DNA of 64,000 nt from Acidimicrobiia bacterium (GCA_052148155.1 JBKQIY010000048.1:11131-75130); one strand, 5' to 3'. Shown: positions 19,613 to 29,007, counted from the first letter of the stretch. Numbers and translations are program-made. Notes: generated by a model not told the origin, from the letters alone.

Positions 19613-20410
19613 GTGGCGAACGGAAACGGGAGCAGCAACGGAAACGGCCACCGCCCGAAGATCGCGGACCGTGTCGCCGCGGTTGGCGACAAGACGCGGT
19701 CGTCGCAGGCATGGAACTCGATATTTCGGCCCGGCTCGATCTACCGCAAGGGTTACACCGACAGTCCCCGCAACCGCTCGTACGTGATCATGAACAACGT
19801 GCTGTACCACCTTCACCCGGTGAAGGTGAAACGGCACGCAGTGAAGGTCTCCTACACGTTGTGCCTCGGAGGCCTGTCGTTCTTCTTGTTCATTCTGCTC
19901 ACGGTCACCGGCATCTTCTTGATGTTCTTCTACCGACCGACCGTGACCGACGCCTACGCCAACGTGCAGAACCTCGAGACCGCTGTCGCGTTCGGTTCAC
20001 TCGTACGAAATATGCACCGATGGGCGGCGCACCTCATGGTGCTGTCCGTGTTCTTGCACATGGCGCGTGTCTTCTACCACGGCGCGTACAAGTCGCCGCG
20101 CGAGTTCAACTGGGTGATCGGCATCATCTTGTTGACCCTCACCCTGCTGCTCTCGTTCACCGGTTACCTGCTCCCGTGGGACCAGCTGTCGTTGTGGGCC
20201 GTGACCGTCGGGACGAACATGATGGGTTACACGCCCGTCTTCGGGAGCTCGGTCAACTACGTCCTGCTCGGATCGAGAACCATCAGCGGAGACACACTGC
20301 TGCGCTGGTATGTGCTGCACGTGTTGATGTTGCCGTTCGTGATCGTCATCTTCATGGCCGTCCACTTCTGGAGAGTCCGCAAAGACGGCGGCATCTCCGG
20401 ACCGCTCTAG
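19613..20410 (+). CDS. Cytochrome b, N-terminal (b6-type, 4-helix) half
   Basis: Cytochrome b/b6 N-terminal domain signatures: FGSLVRNMHRWAAHLMVLSVFLHMARVFYHGAYKSPRE, WVIGIILL..FTGYLLPWDQLSLWA, LRWYVLHVLMLPFVIVIFMAVHFWRVRKDG. These supply the paired haem-ligand His residues. The protein ends after helix D, so cytochrome b is split. Confidence 0.9.
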   Translation: MANGNGSSNGNGHRPKIADRVAAVGDKTRSSQAWNSIFRPGSIYRKGYTDSPRNRSYVIMNNVLYHLHPVKVKRHAVKVSYTLCLGGLSFFLFILLTVTGIFLMFFYRPTVTDAYANVQNLETAVAFGSLVRNMHRWAAHLMVLSVFLHMARVFYHGAYKSPREFNWVIGIILLTLTLLLSFTGYLLPWDQLSLWAVTVGTNMMGYTPVFGSSVNYVLLGSRTISGDTLLRWYVLHVLMLPFVIVIFMAVHFWRVRKDGGISGPL

Positions 20411-20431
20411 CGCGAAGGGAGGCGAAACCAC

Positions 20432-21289
20432 ATGGCCGACGAAGTCCCCGAACATCTCCTCAGACGCAGCCGTGAGCGCCGCAAGGCGCTGGGCCTCCCC
20501 GTAGAAGGCGACGACGGCGACACCGAGAGCGCGCCGGAAGTACCCGCGGCTGACGCCGCAACTTCCGAGCCCGTCGAAGAAGTCGCGCCGGTCGCAGCGG
20601 ACAGCGGCGACGCGATCACCGAAGACAAAGGCGGAGTGCCCGCGCATCTCCTCGAACGCTCGCGGCGCCGCAAGGCCGCGCTCGCGGGCGGAGGCGGCGA
20701 CGCCGCACCCGCCGCAGCAGGAGCCGGCGGCGGAGCCGCACGCACCGCGACCGCGGTCGCGGCGCCAGCGCCGACCGGGACCGGTCCCGGTGGCCACACG
20801 CAGCGGCTGCTCACCGTCGTGAAGTCGGGTTCAATCCAACAGACGCGCGCCGAGGCCCAGGACAAGGTCCACGTGTGGCCGCATCTGCTCGTGCTCGAGT
20901 TCGCGTCGATCCTGTCGTTGATGGCGTTCCTCACCGTGTTCTCGGCGCTGGTCAAAGCTCCCCTGCTCGGCCTCGCCGACGTCAACAGCACACCGAACCC
21001 GTCGAAGGCGCCGTGGTACTTCCTCGGACTGCAAGAACTCCTGAAGATGTTCAACCCGGCCGTCGCCGGTGTGTTGATTCCCGGTATCGCGCTCGGGTTG
21101 CTCGCGATCACGCCCTACATAGACAAGAACCCGTCGCACAAACCGACCGACCGGAAGTTCGCGATCACGATGATGTCGATGTTCTTGATGATGTGGGCGA
21201 CGCTCGTCATCATCGGATGTTTCTTCCGCGGACCAGGATTCAACTTCGTGTTCCCGTGGGACAAACAAGGAATATTCTTCGAGCTGTAG
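20432..21289 (+). CDS. Cytochrome b C-terminal half (subunit-IV-like) with a ~130-aa charged N-terminal extension
   Basis: Strong RBS (AAGGGAGG). The C-terminal membrane part has the PEWY-box equivalent NPSKAPWYFLGLQELL and three TM segments. The N-terminal extension contains two copies of a basic motif (see findings). Confidence 0.85.
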   Translation: MADEVPEHLLRRSRERRKALGLPVEGDDGDTESAPEVPAADAATSEPVEEVAPVAADSGDAITEDKGGVPAHLLERSRRRKAALAGGGGDAAPAAAGAGGGAARTATAVAAPAPTGTGPGGHTQRLLTVVKSGSIQQTRAEAQDKVHVWPHLLVLEFASILSLMAFLTVFSALVKAPLLGLADVNSTPNPSKAPWYFLGLQELLKMFNPAVAGVLIPGIALGLLAITPYIDKNPSHKPTDRKFAITMMSMFLMMWATLVIIGCFFRGPGFNFVFPWDKQGIFFEL

Positions 21290-21299
21290 GAGCTGTGCG

Positions 21300-22145
21300 A
21301 TGGCAGTCGCCATCCCGATCATCGTCATCCTTGTCCTCGCCGTCGGCACGACCATCGTGCTCGCCGCGAACCGTCAACGCGGCACGACCGGCTTGCTGTC
21401 GCGCGAGACGCGCCGGCGCGACTCCGCCACCGAACCGGCGCCGAGTGCTGAGCTGTCAACCTCGACCGAGCTCGAAACCGCCGGCCGCGAACGGGCCGAC
21501 GACACTCGCGCCACGTATGAGAACGTCCCCGCGGCCCGCGGACGTGGCGATGTCACACGCTGGGAACCGGTCGATGAGGAGGAGCTCGGTGTCGCCCGCC
21601 GACAGTTCCTCAACCGGGGTCTGGGCCTGGTCGTCGGGTTTTCGCTCGCCGGTTTCGGCGCCGCATGCCTCGGGTTCTTGTGGCCGACCGGTTCGTCGGG
21701 CTTCGGCGGCAAGATCGGGGCCGGCAAGACCAGCGACATCATCACGTATGTCACGTCACACGCCGCGCCGTTCTACGTTCCCGAGGCGCGTGCCTACGTC
21801 CAGCAGTATCCGGCAGTGGATCTCCCGGCCGCGAAGAAGGTCTACAGCGCGGTGACCTATGCGGGCATGGAAGCGGGTTTCATCGCGCTGTATCAGCGTT
21901 GCGTACACCTGGGTTGTCGCGTGCCGTGGTGCCAGACGTCGCAGTGGTTCGAGTGCCCGTGCCACGGCTCGAAATACAACCGTGTCGGCGAGAAGAAAGC
22001 CGGTCCGGCACCTCGGGGTCTCGACCGGTTCGCGATCATCGTGGGCGGCGGAATGTTGACGATCAACACCGGCGACATCGAGCTCGGACCACCGATCGGC
22101 ACGAACACGACCGGACAGCAACAGGAAGGACCGCTTTGCGTCTGA
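21300..22145 (+). CDS. Rieske [2Fe-2S] iron-sulfur subunit
   Basis: N-terminal TM anchor plus Rieske boxes CVHLGCRV and CPCHGSKY. Confidence 0.9.
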   Translation: MAVAIPIIVILVLAVGTTIVLAANRQRGTTGLLSRETRRRDSATEPAPSAELSTSTELETAGRERADDTRATYENVPAARGRGDVTRWEPVDEEELGVARRQFLNRGLGLVVGFSLAGFGAACLGFLWPTGSSGFGGKIGAGKTSDIITYVTSHAAPFYVPEARAYVQQYPAVDLPAAKKVYSAVTYAGMEAGFIALYQRCVHLGCRVPWCQTSQWFECPCHGSKYNRVGEKKAGPAPRGLDRFAIIVGGGMLTINTGDIELGPPIGTNTTGQQQEGPLCV

Positions 22146-22185
22146 TCAGCACTCATCGTCGCGAACCCGAGGCGATGGATGCCGC

Positions 22186-23691
22186 GTGGAGTGTGTCGTG
22201 ACTGTTCGCCACGTTCTCATCGGCCTGAACCTCGTCGCGGTCCTCGCGATCATCGTCTATGTGATCTGGGCGGTGCTGTCGCCCAAACGCGCCTCCGACG
22301 AGACGATGCCGGCCAATCTCACGCCGTTCCTCGCCGACGACGATCTGGAAAGTCGCCGCCTCGAGCGCGTGCAGGGTTGGGCGCTCCTGTTTGCGGCGAT
22401 CGTCGCGGTGGCGCTGCCGTTGTACTGGCTGCATGAGCCCGCCCGTCAGAAGGAGTCGGTCAACTACTTCAATCAGAACGCGGTTTCCCGCGGCGAGGTC
22501 CTGTTCTCGAACTCCGCGATGCTCACCTACGACCCGACCAATTCACTGCAATGCGCCAACTGCCACGGCGTCACCGGAGGGGGCGGTCAGGTCCCGACGT
22601 TCGTCAACGGCCAAGCGGTGATCTGGCAGGCGCCGCCGCTCAACACGGTCTTCGAACGCTTCGAGGAAGATCCCGATTGCTCGATGCCGGTCGACGACCA
22701 ACCTGACGGCACCATCTGCGACATCACCGACATCATCACCTACGGCCGGCCCGGAACACCGATGCAGGGGTGGGGCGTAGCCGGCGGCGGCCCGAAGAAC
22801 GTGCAATCGATCCAAGACCTCGTCGCGTACTTGCGCACGATCCAGCTGACGCCCGCGCAGATCAAGGCGCAGGAGGCGGCCAACATCCCCGCGGCGCGGT
22901 CCACCGATCCCAATACCGTGTGCCCGCAGTACGTCACGTGCCCAGTCGTGCAAGAGGACGCGGCACGGGCGACCCTCGAAACCGACACCAAGGCCTTCGA
23001 CGCCGATCGCACCGCGCTCCAAGCAGCGCTCATGCAACCAGACGCGACCGATGCCCAACTCACCATGACGTGCGACTCGATCATCGCCCAGGTGAAGACG
23101 AACCCCAAAACGGTGATTCCGGCCCAAGCCGTCGCGTGCGGGACGTACACGACAGCCGCAGCGCTCGTCACGACCGACCAGAACGCGTTGGCCTGGACCA
23201 TCAGCTGGGTGGCACGCCGCGTGAACGTGAGCGATGGGCAGATCCTGTTCGAGGCGAACTGCGCGCGGTGCCACACCCAGGGCTGGTCGACCTTCGATTC
23301 GGCCGTTCCGCCCGATCAACCGGGCGGCATCGACGGGCTCGGCCCGCCGGGCGGCGGCGGTGGCATCGGTGGTGGGATCGGCCCTAATCTCCGCAACGGT
23401 GACGAGATCCGCCGCTTCGGCGACGACCTGTCCGGCGGGTTCGCGGCGCAGGTCAGTTTCGTGATGACCGGGTCGATGCCGTTCAAGGCGTACGGCAATG
23501 CCGGCATCGGATCCGGCCGCATGCCAGGCTTTGCCAACATGCTGACAAAGGATCAGATTTCAGAGATCGTGAGCTACGAGCGATACTGCCTCGACTCGTC
23601 GACGTTCACTGCGACCGAGCCGGTGTGCGCGACTCCGACGACGTCGGAGGTGGCGCCGACCACAACGACGACCGTGAAAGCGGCGGGATGA
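22186..23691 (+). CDS. Membrane-anchored dihaem cytochrome c
   Basis: N-terminal TM segment and two CxxCH motifs (CANCHGV, CARCHTQ), separated by a long insert. Gly-rich segment GPPGGGGGIGGGIGPNL. Start 22186 or 22198 (both GTG). Confidence 0.85.
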   Translation: MECVVTVRHVLIGLNLVAVLAIIVYVIWAVLSPKRASDETMPANLTPFLADDDLESRRLERVQGWALLFAAIVAVALPLYWLHEPARQKESVNYFNQNAVSRGEVLFSNSAMLTYDPTNSLQCANCHGVTGGGGQVPTFVNGQAVIWQAPPLNTVFERFEEDPDCSMPVDDQPDGTICDITDIITYGRPGTPMQGWGVAGGGPKNVQSIQDLVAYLRTIQLTPAQIKAQEAANIPAARSTDPNTVCPQYVTCPVVQEDAARATLETDTKAFDADRTALQAALMQPDATDAQLTMTCDSIIAQVKTNPKTVIPAQAVACGTYTTAAALVTTDQNALAWTISWVARRVNVSDGQILFEANCARCHTQGWSTFDSAVPPDQPGGIDGLGPPGGGGGIGGGIGPNLRNGDEIRRFGDDLSGGFAAQVSFVMTGSMPFKAYGNAGIGSGRMPGFANMLTKDQISEIVSYERYCLDSSTFTATEPVCATPTTSEVAPTTTTTVKAAG

Positions 23692-23695
23692 CACG

Positions 23696-24508
23696 ATGCT
23701 GACGCACTTCGTCGCCGAGATCATCGAGGGCCCCGCCCACCCCAACCTGTGGAATCCGACCATCCTCGGGGTGCTCGTCGTCCTGTCCGCAATCGGACTG
23801 TTCTGCGGGTCCACGTACCTGCTGCTGGCAACCAATCTCGGGGCCCGGCTCGGATTCCTCGTCGCGTTCGCGTCGCTGACTGGGTTCTTGGTCATACTCA
23901 CCACGCTGTGGCTCACGTCGGGCAACAGCGGCATCGACCCGCCGCACGGCATCTCGCCGTCCTGGTCGGTGGTCGACGTCGTGAGCAATCCGGCAGAGTC
24001 GAAGATCCCCGCGGTGCGTGACATCGCCACGAAAGGCACACTCGCCACCGAAACCCAACTCGGCAACCTGCGCCCGGCCATGGACGCGGCGCTCGTCACC
24101 GCGGCCCCGATCGCGGGCGTGACACCCGCATCGCAGCCGTTCGCCAAGTTCTCGGCGTCGCTCGCCTATCTCACCGACTTCCCGGGCTACAAGACATACC
24201 TGCTCGGTGGTGGCACCAAGAACCTCTTCTGGCACAACCACGAGTACGCGGCCGCGCAGTTCTGCCCGACCGAGGCGAACACCCCACCGGGCGCGGTGCC
24301 CGCGTGCGACCCCTTGCAACCGACCGGGTACGCCATCCTCAGCTACAACTTCGGTTCGTTGCGCGAGCCTGTCGTGTTCCAGTTCTGGATTCCGTCACTG
24401 CTCTTATTCGGTCTGTCGCTGCTGGGCCTGCACTGGTACGAACTCGACGAGCGGAGGCGCAAGAAGGCCGCGCTCGCACCGGTGCCGGTCCCGACACCGG
24501 GCGCCTAG
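23696..24508 (+). CDS. Uncharacterised membrane protein (N-terminal TM pair, large extracytoplasmic domain, C-terminal TM)
   Basis: Starts 4 nt after the cytochrome c stop. TM segments ILGVLVVLSAIGLFCGSTYLLL, LGFLVAFASLTGFLVILTTLWL and FWIPSLLLFGLSLLGLHWY. No family recognised. Confidence 0.6.
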   Translation: MLTHFVAEIIEGPAHPNLWNPTILGVLVVLSAIGLFCGSTYLLLATNLGARLGFLVAFASLTGFLVILTTLWLTSGNSGIDPPHGISPSWSVVDVVSNPAESKIPAVRDIATKGTLATETQLGNLRPAMDAALVTAAPIAGVTPASQPFAKFSASLAYLTDFPGYKTYLLGGGTKNLFWHNHEYAAAQFCPTEANTPPGAVPACDPLQPTGYAILSYNFGSLREPVVFQFWIPSLLLFGLSLLGLHWYELDERRRKKAALAPVPVPTPGA

Positions 24509-24525
24509 GACCGAGGAGGTCTCGC

Positions 24526-24669
24526 ATGGTTCTCGCGCAGCAGCTCATCGACGCGAGTAAAGAAGGCGGTGCCGCCTTCCTCGCCTTCGCGATCATGGTT
24601 TTCCTGTTTGCCGGCTCGCTGTTCTACATGGACAAGGTGCGTCGCCGCCGCGACGAGCGAGGCCGTTAA
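24526..24669 (+). CDS. Small (47 aa) single-TM protein, last gene of the operon
   Basis: ATG at 24526 preceded by GAGGAGG at a typical spacing. Sequence MVLAQQLIDASKEGGAAFLAFAIMVFLFAGSLFYMDKVRRRRDERGR: one TM followed by a basic tail. Confidence 0.5.
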   Translation: MVLAQQLIDASKEGGAAFLAFAIMVFLFAGSLFYMDKVRRRRDERGR

Positions 24670-24699
24670 GACACGGCCGCTGATGTCGTCGCGACGACA
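24661..24699 (+). terminator. Candidate terminator hairpins at the end of the bc-type operon
   Basis: GGCCG-N8-CGGCC spans the TAA stop (24661..24678), followed by the perfect 16-nt palindrome TGTCGTCGCGACGACA (24684..24699). No U-tract. Confidence 0.3.
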
Positions 24700-25179
24700 C
24701 ATCCGTCGCCACGACTGGGACCGCTGCGACTGCTGGGAACGCATCTCCGGGGCTGAAGATCGCGTCCTGGCGGGGCGGCCGCGAGACCGGCGTACGGAGA
24801 CACGGATCTGGCGCACAACACGCGCAACGTCGGTGACCGGTGGCTCACCGCGCACGGCATACTCGAGCGGACCGTTCGCGCATTCCGTCGTGAGCTGCGA
24901 CCGTTTCGGGATCCGGACGTTGCCGCGGCTGACCGCCCACCGCGGCGCACACCCCTCGCAGGACACGAGATGAGTCGAGCGCCTGTTTCGTTGTCGAGGT
25001 CGGGACCGCCCGTGATCGCGTGCCGGCAACGACCGTCGTCGACAGAACCTCGATCGGAGCCGTGGCCTGCCTGCACGTTGATTGCGTACCAGTCGGTCTC
25101 GGCTCGTTCAGCGGCACCCTCTCAGAGCCCTGACCGCGGCGGCACGGCGAGCACGCAAGACCGTGTACACCGATGAATG

Positions 25180-26490
25180 TCAGGCGCGTTTCACGCTTTC
25201 GGCCGCAAGTTCGACGGTGCGGTCGATGTCGGCGTCGGTGTGGGCGAGGCTTGGGAACAGCGTCTCGTATCCGCTCGGGGCGACGTACACGCCGCGGTCG
25301 AGCAGGCCATGGAACCAGGCCGCGTAGCGTGGATGGTCGGCGGCGCGTGCGTCGTCGTAGTTGCGGACCGGCGCCCCGGCAAAGAATGCTCCGACGAGCG
25401 TGAACGCCCGCGTGACCTGCGCGGCAACGCCGGCTGCCGCGAACGCGGCGCGCAGCCCGGCCGCGAATCGTTCGGCGGTCTCTACGAGTGTGTCGTAGGC
25501 GCTGACGTCGAGGCGTTCGAGTACCGCAAGCCCGGCCGCGGTTGCCAACGGATTCCCGGACAACGTCCCGGCTTGGTATACCGGCCCGAGCGGTGCGAGC
25601 TCGTCCATCACCGCCGCGGGTCCTCCGACCGCGGCCAACGGCAAACCTCCGCCTACCACTTTCCCGAATATCGACAGGTCGGGCGTGATCGCGAACCGTT
25701 CCTGCGCGCCACCGACACCCACTCGGAAGCCGGTAATCACCTCGTCGAAGACGAGCAATGCGCCGTGGTTGGTGCATCGGTCGCGCAGTCCGGTCAGGAA
25801 CCCGGCGTCGGGCGGCACGAGGCCCATGTTCGCGGCGATGGGTTCGACGAGTACCGCGGCGATCTGCGATCCGTGCTCGGCGAGCGCAAGGTCGAGCGCG
25901 TCGAGGTCGTTGTAGGGAACCACGACCGTGTCGGCGACGGTGCCCGACGTCACGCCGGCCGATCCGGGGAGTCCCAATGTCGCGACGCCGCTTCCGGCCT
26001 GGGCCAGCAGCGAGTCGACATGGCCGTGGTAGCAGCCCGCGAACTTCACGATCTTCGGCCGGCCCGTCACCCCGCGGGCGAGCCGAACTGCCGTCATCGC
26101 GGCCTCCGTGCCGGACGACACGAGGCGGACCTTTTCGACCGACGGGACGCGCGCACAGATCGCTTCGGCCAGCTCAACCTCGCGTGTGGTGGGCGCGCCG
26201 AACGATGTGCCGTCGGCCGCGGCTCGTTGCACCGCCTCGACGACCGCCGGATGTGCGTGGCCGAGGATCGAAGCGCCCCACGACTGCACGTAGTCGAGGT
26301 ACTCGCGACCGTCGGTGTCGACGAGGTAGGCGCCGTGGGCGCGAGCCACGAAGAACGGTTCACCACCAACGGCCCCGAATGCGCGCACCGGAGAGTTGAC
26401 ACCACCGGGAATACATCCCGCGGCCCGCTCGAACAACGAGCGTGATCCAGCGGCCGACGCCGCGCGCTGGCCGGTCGGCCCCGCCTTCAT
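25180..26490 (-). CDS. hemL: Glutamate-1-semialdehyde 2,1-aminomutase
   Basis: GSA-aminomutase-like throughout (GGVNSPVRAF, FDEVITGFRVG, GTLSGNPLATAAG). Last gene of the hem cluster. Confidence 0.95.
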   Translation of the reverse strand: MKAGPTGQRAASAAGSRSLFERAAGCIPGGVNSPVRAFGAVGGEPFFVARAHGAYLVDTDGREYLDYVQSWGASILGHAHPAVVEAVQRAAADGTSFGAPTTREVELAEAICARVPSVEKVRLVSSGTEAAMTAVRLARGVTGRPKIVKFAGCYHGHVDSLLAQAGSGVATLGLPGSAGVTSGTVADTVVVPYNDLDALDLALAEHGSQIAAVLVEPIAANMGLVPPDAGFLTGLRDRCTNHGALLVFDEVITGFRVGVGGAQERFAITPDLSIFGKVVGGGLPLAAVGGPAAVMDELAPLGPVYQAGTLSGNPLATAAGLAVLERLDVSAYDTLVETAERFAAGLRAAFAAAGVAAQVTRAFTLVGAFFAGAPVRNYDDARAADHPRYAAWFHGLLDRGVYVAPSGYETLFPSLAHTDADIDRTVELAAESVKRA

Positions 26491-26515
26491 CTCGACGTCC
26501 GGCTGAGAGGTCGTC

Positions 26516-27499
26516 TCACGAGTGTTGGATGAGCTCCGCGACCTCGCGGGCGAAGTAGGTGACCACGATGTCGGCTCCGGCGCGCCTGATCGCGAGCAGG
26601 TGCTCCAAGGCGGTCGCGGTCCCGTCGAGCCAGCCGAGCTGTGCGGCGGCTTTCACCATCGCATATTCGCCGCTCACATGGTACGCGGCGACGGGAACGT
26701 CGAACGAGTTGCGGATCTGCGCGATCACGTCGAGATACGCCAGGGCCGGTTTCACCATCACGATGTCCGCGCCCTCTTCGACGTCGAGCGCGACCTCGGC
26801 GATCGCCTCACGTGCGTTCGCCGAGTCCATCTGGTATCCGCGGCGGTCACCGAACTGGGGTGCGCATTCGGCCGCGTCGCGGAACGGCCCGTACAGCGCG
26901 GACGCGTATTTCGCGGCGTACGCGAGGATCGCCACGTGCGAGTTCCCGGTGCTGTCGAGCGCATGACGGATTGCGCCGACCTGGCCGTCCATCATCCCCG
27001 ACGGTGCGATCACATCGGCGCCGGCGGTCGCCTGCGCGACCGCGATGGTCGCGTATCGTTCGAGGGTCGCGTCGTTGTCGACTTGACCGTCGTTCGTGAG
27101 GACACCGCAATGTCCGTGGTCGGTGTACTCGTCGAGGCAGTCGTCGGCCATCAACACGAGCGTGTCGCCGACTTCGTCGCGCAGTGTTCGCAACGCGATC
27201 TGCACGACACCGTCGGCCGCGTCGGCTTGCGAGCCGCGCGCATCTTTATGTTCGGGAATACCGAACAACATGACGGCCGGAACGCCGAGGTCGGCCAGTG
27301 CATGCACCTCTTTGCGGAGGCTTTCCTGGGTGTGTTGCACGACCCCCGGCATCGAAACCACCGGCTCGGGAGCGTCGATTCCTGCTTTCACGAACAGGGG
27401 GGCGACGAGGTCGTCGACCCGCAAGCGGTGTTCGGCAACCAGCCGCCGTAACGCGGGGGTGCGCCGCAAACGGCGCATCCGATGCTCAGGAAACGACAC
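26516..27499 (-). CDS. hemB: Porphobilinogen synthase (delta-aminolevulinate dehydratase)
   Basis: HemB-like sequence (RMRRLRRTPALRRLV, MVKPALAYLDVI, AYHVSGEYAM). Confidence 0.95.
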   Translation of the reverse strand: MSFPEHRMRRLRRTPALRRLVAEHRLRVDDLVAPLFVKAGIDAPEPVVSMPGVVQHTQESLRKEVHALADLGVPAVMLFGIPEHKDARGSQADAADGVVQIALRTLRDEVGDTLVLMADDCLDEYTDHGHCGVLTNDGQVDNDATLERYATIAVAQATAGADVIAPSGMMDGQVGAIRHALDSTGNSHVAILAYAAKYASALYGPFRDAAECAPQFGDRRGYQMDSANAREAIAEVALDVEEGADIVMVKPALAYLDVIAQIRNSFDVPVAAYHVSGEYAMVKAAAQLGWLDGTATALEHLLAIRRAGADIVVTYFAREVAELIQHS

Positions 27500-27515
27500 G
27501 CTGCGATGGTACCTG

Positions 27516-28994
27516 TCAGCGCCTGGAGAACTCTGCGCCGCCGAGCTGCGCGAGCAACACGTCGACGAGCCCGTCGAGCGTGTGCGGATCCGCCTCGGCG
27601 TCGATTCGCAGCCCGCGCTCGAGCGCAGTGGCGGAGGTCACCGGACCGATCGACACGACGGCCGGACACTCGTCGAGGGGCCCGACCGCGTCGCAGAAGT
27701 TCGTAACCGTCGACGACGACGTGAAAGTGACGGCATCGACGCCGCCCGTACGCAGGCAAGCCAGCGCCACCGGGTCGGGAACCACCGCGACGGTGCGGTA
27801 CACCGCGAGGATGTCGACGGTGTAGCCGCGCGCCGTGAGGCCTTCGGGGAGCACATCGCGGGCCGATGCCGCCCGCGGGATAAGCACCCTCGAGTCGGGC
27901 CCTCCAGGATCAGGGAACGCGGCCAGCAACGATTCGGCGACGAACCGTTCAGGGACGAGGTCGCCACGGATGCCATGCCGCGCGAGCGCCTGGTTGGTTC
28001 CCGGGCCGATCGACGCGACGTGGGCGCGGGCGAGCGCCCGGGCGTCAAGCCCGGCGGGTACGAGCCCACGTTCGAAGAACGCGTCGACACCGTTGGCCGA
28101 CGTGAACACCAACCATTCGTAACGATCGAGCGCAGGCAACTCGAACTCGACCGGCTCGAACGCGATCGACGGTAACTCGATCACTTCGGCGCCCAGCTGT
28201 TCGAGGCGTCCCCGCAGCTCGCTGGCCTGCTCGCGGGCGCGGGTCACGACGATGCGACGTCCGAACAACGGCCGGTGTTCGAACCAGCCGAGATCGAGGC
28301 CGGCCACGTCGCCGATCACTATCGCGCTCGGGGACTCGACCGCGAGCTGCGCGATCGTCGCGAGCGTCGCGCGCACGGTCTGCTGGTCCGGCCGGGTACC
28401 CCAACGCACCGCCGCGACCGGAGTTGACCCCGGACGGCCGCCGGCGAGCAAGGCTTGGGCGATGTCGGCGACGCGTCCGGCGCCCATCAACACGACGAGC
28501 GTTCCGCCAACTCGCGCGAGGGCTTCCCAGTCGGTGTCGGGACCGGCCTTGGTGGGATCTTCGTGGCCGGTGACGATCGTCACGCTGGTCGACAAACCGC
28601 GATGCGTCACCGGGATCCCTGCGTAGGCGGGCGCCGCGATCGCGCTGGTGACGCCGGGCACCACTTCGAAACCGACGCCGCCGTCGCGGCACGCTTCTGC
28701 TTCTTCACCGCCGCGCCCGAACACGAACGGGTCGCCGCCTTTCAACCGAACCACGTCGAGGCCGGCCGCGCCGCGCGCGACGAGGAGCTCGTTGATCTGT
28801 TCCTGCGCCATCGCGACGCGGCCCGGCGCTTTGCCGACATCGACGAGCTCGGCACCCGCGGGAACGAATCCGAGCAGCGCGGGCGACGCGAGACGGTCGT
28901 AGACGACGACGTCGGCCCGTCGCAACAGTTCCTCGCCGCGGCGGGTGAGCAGCCCTGGATCGCCGGGACCGGCACCGACCAGATAGACGGTCAT
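27516..28994 (-). CDS. cobA/hemD: Fusion protein: uroporphyrinogen-III C-methyltransferase / uroporphyrinogen-III synthase
   Basis: ATG at 28994 gives MTVYLVGAGPGDPGLLTRRGEELLRRADVVVYD (SUMT N-terminus), followed by a HemD-like C-terminal half. The remaining 5' part of ORF 27516..29783 overlaps hemC and is Arg/Ser-rich. Confidence 0.9.
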   Translation of the reverse strand: MTVYLVGAGPGDPGLLTRRGEELLRRADVVVYDRLASPALLGFVPAGAELVDVGKAPGRVAMAQEQINELLVARGAAGLDVVRLKGGDPFVFGRGGEEAEACRDGGVGFEVVPGVTSAIAAPAYAGIPVTHRGLSTSVTIVTGHEDPTKAGPDTDWEALARVGGTLVVLMGAGRVADIAQALLAGGRPGSTPVAAVRWGTRPDQQTVRATLATIAQLAVESPSAIVIGDVAGLDLGWFEHRPLFGRRIVVTRAREQASELRGRLEQLGAEVIELPSIAFEPVEFELPALDRYEWLVFTSANGVDAFFERGLVPAGLDARALARAHVASIGPGTNQALARHGIRGDLVPERFVAESLLAAFPDPGGPDSRVLIPRAASARDVLPEGLTARGYTVDILAVYRTVAVVPDPVALACLRTGGVDAVTFTSSSTVTNFCDAVGPLDECPAVVSIGPVTSATALERGLRIDAEADPHTLDGLVDVLLAQLGGAEFSRR

Positions 28995-29007
28995 CTCGGA
29001 AAGGAAT

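Noticed and set aside
25177-26445. 422-aa plus-strand ORF, and the 310-aa minus-strand ORF 24845..25777
   Set aside because: The first is antisense to hemL. The second overlaps hemL out of frame and is Arg-rich. hemL has clear family motifs in its own frame.
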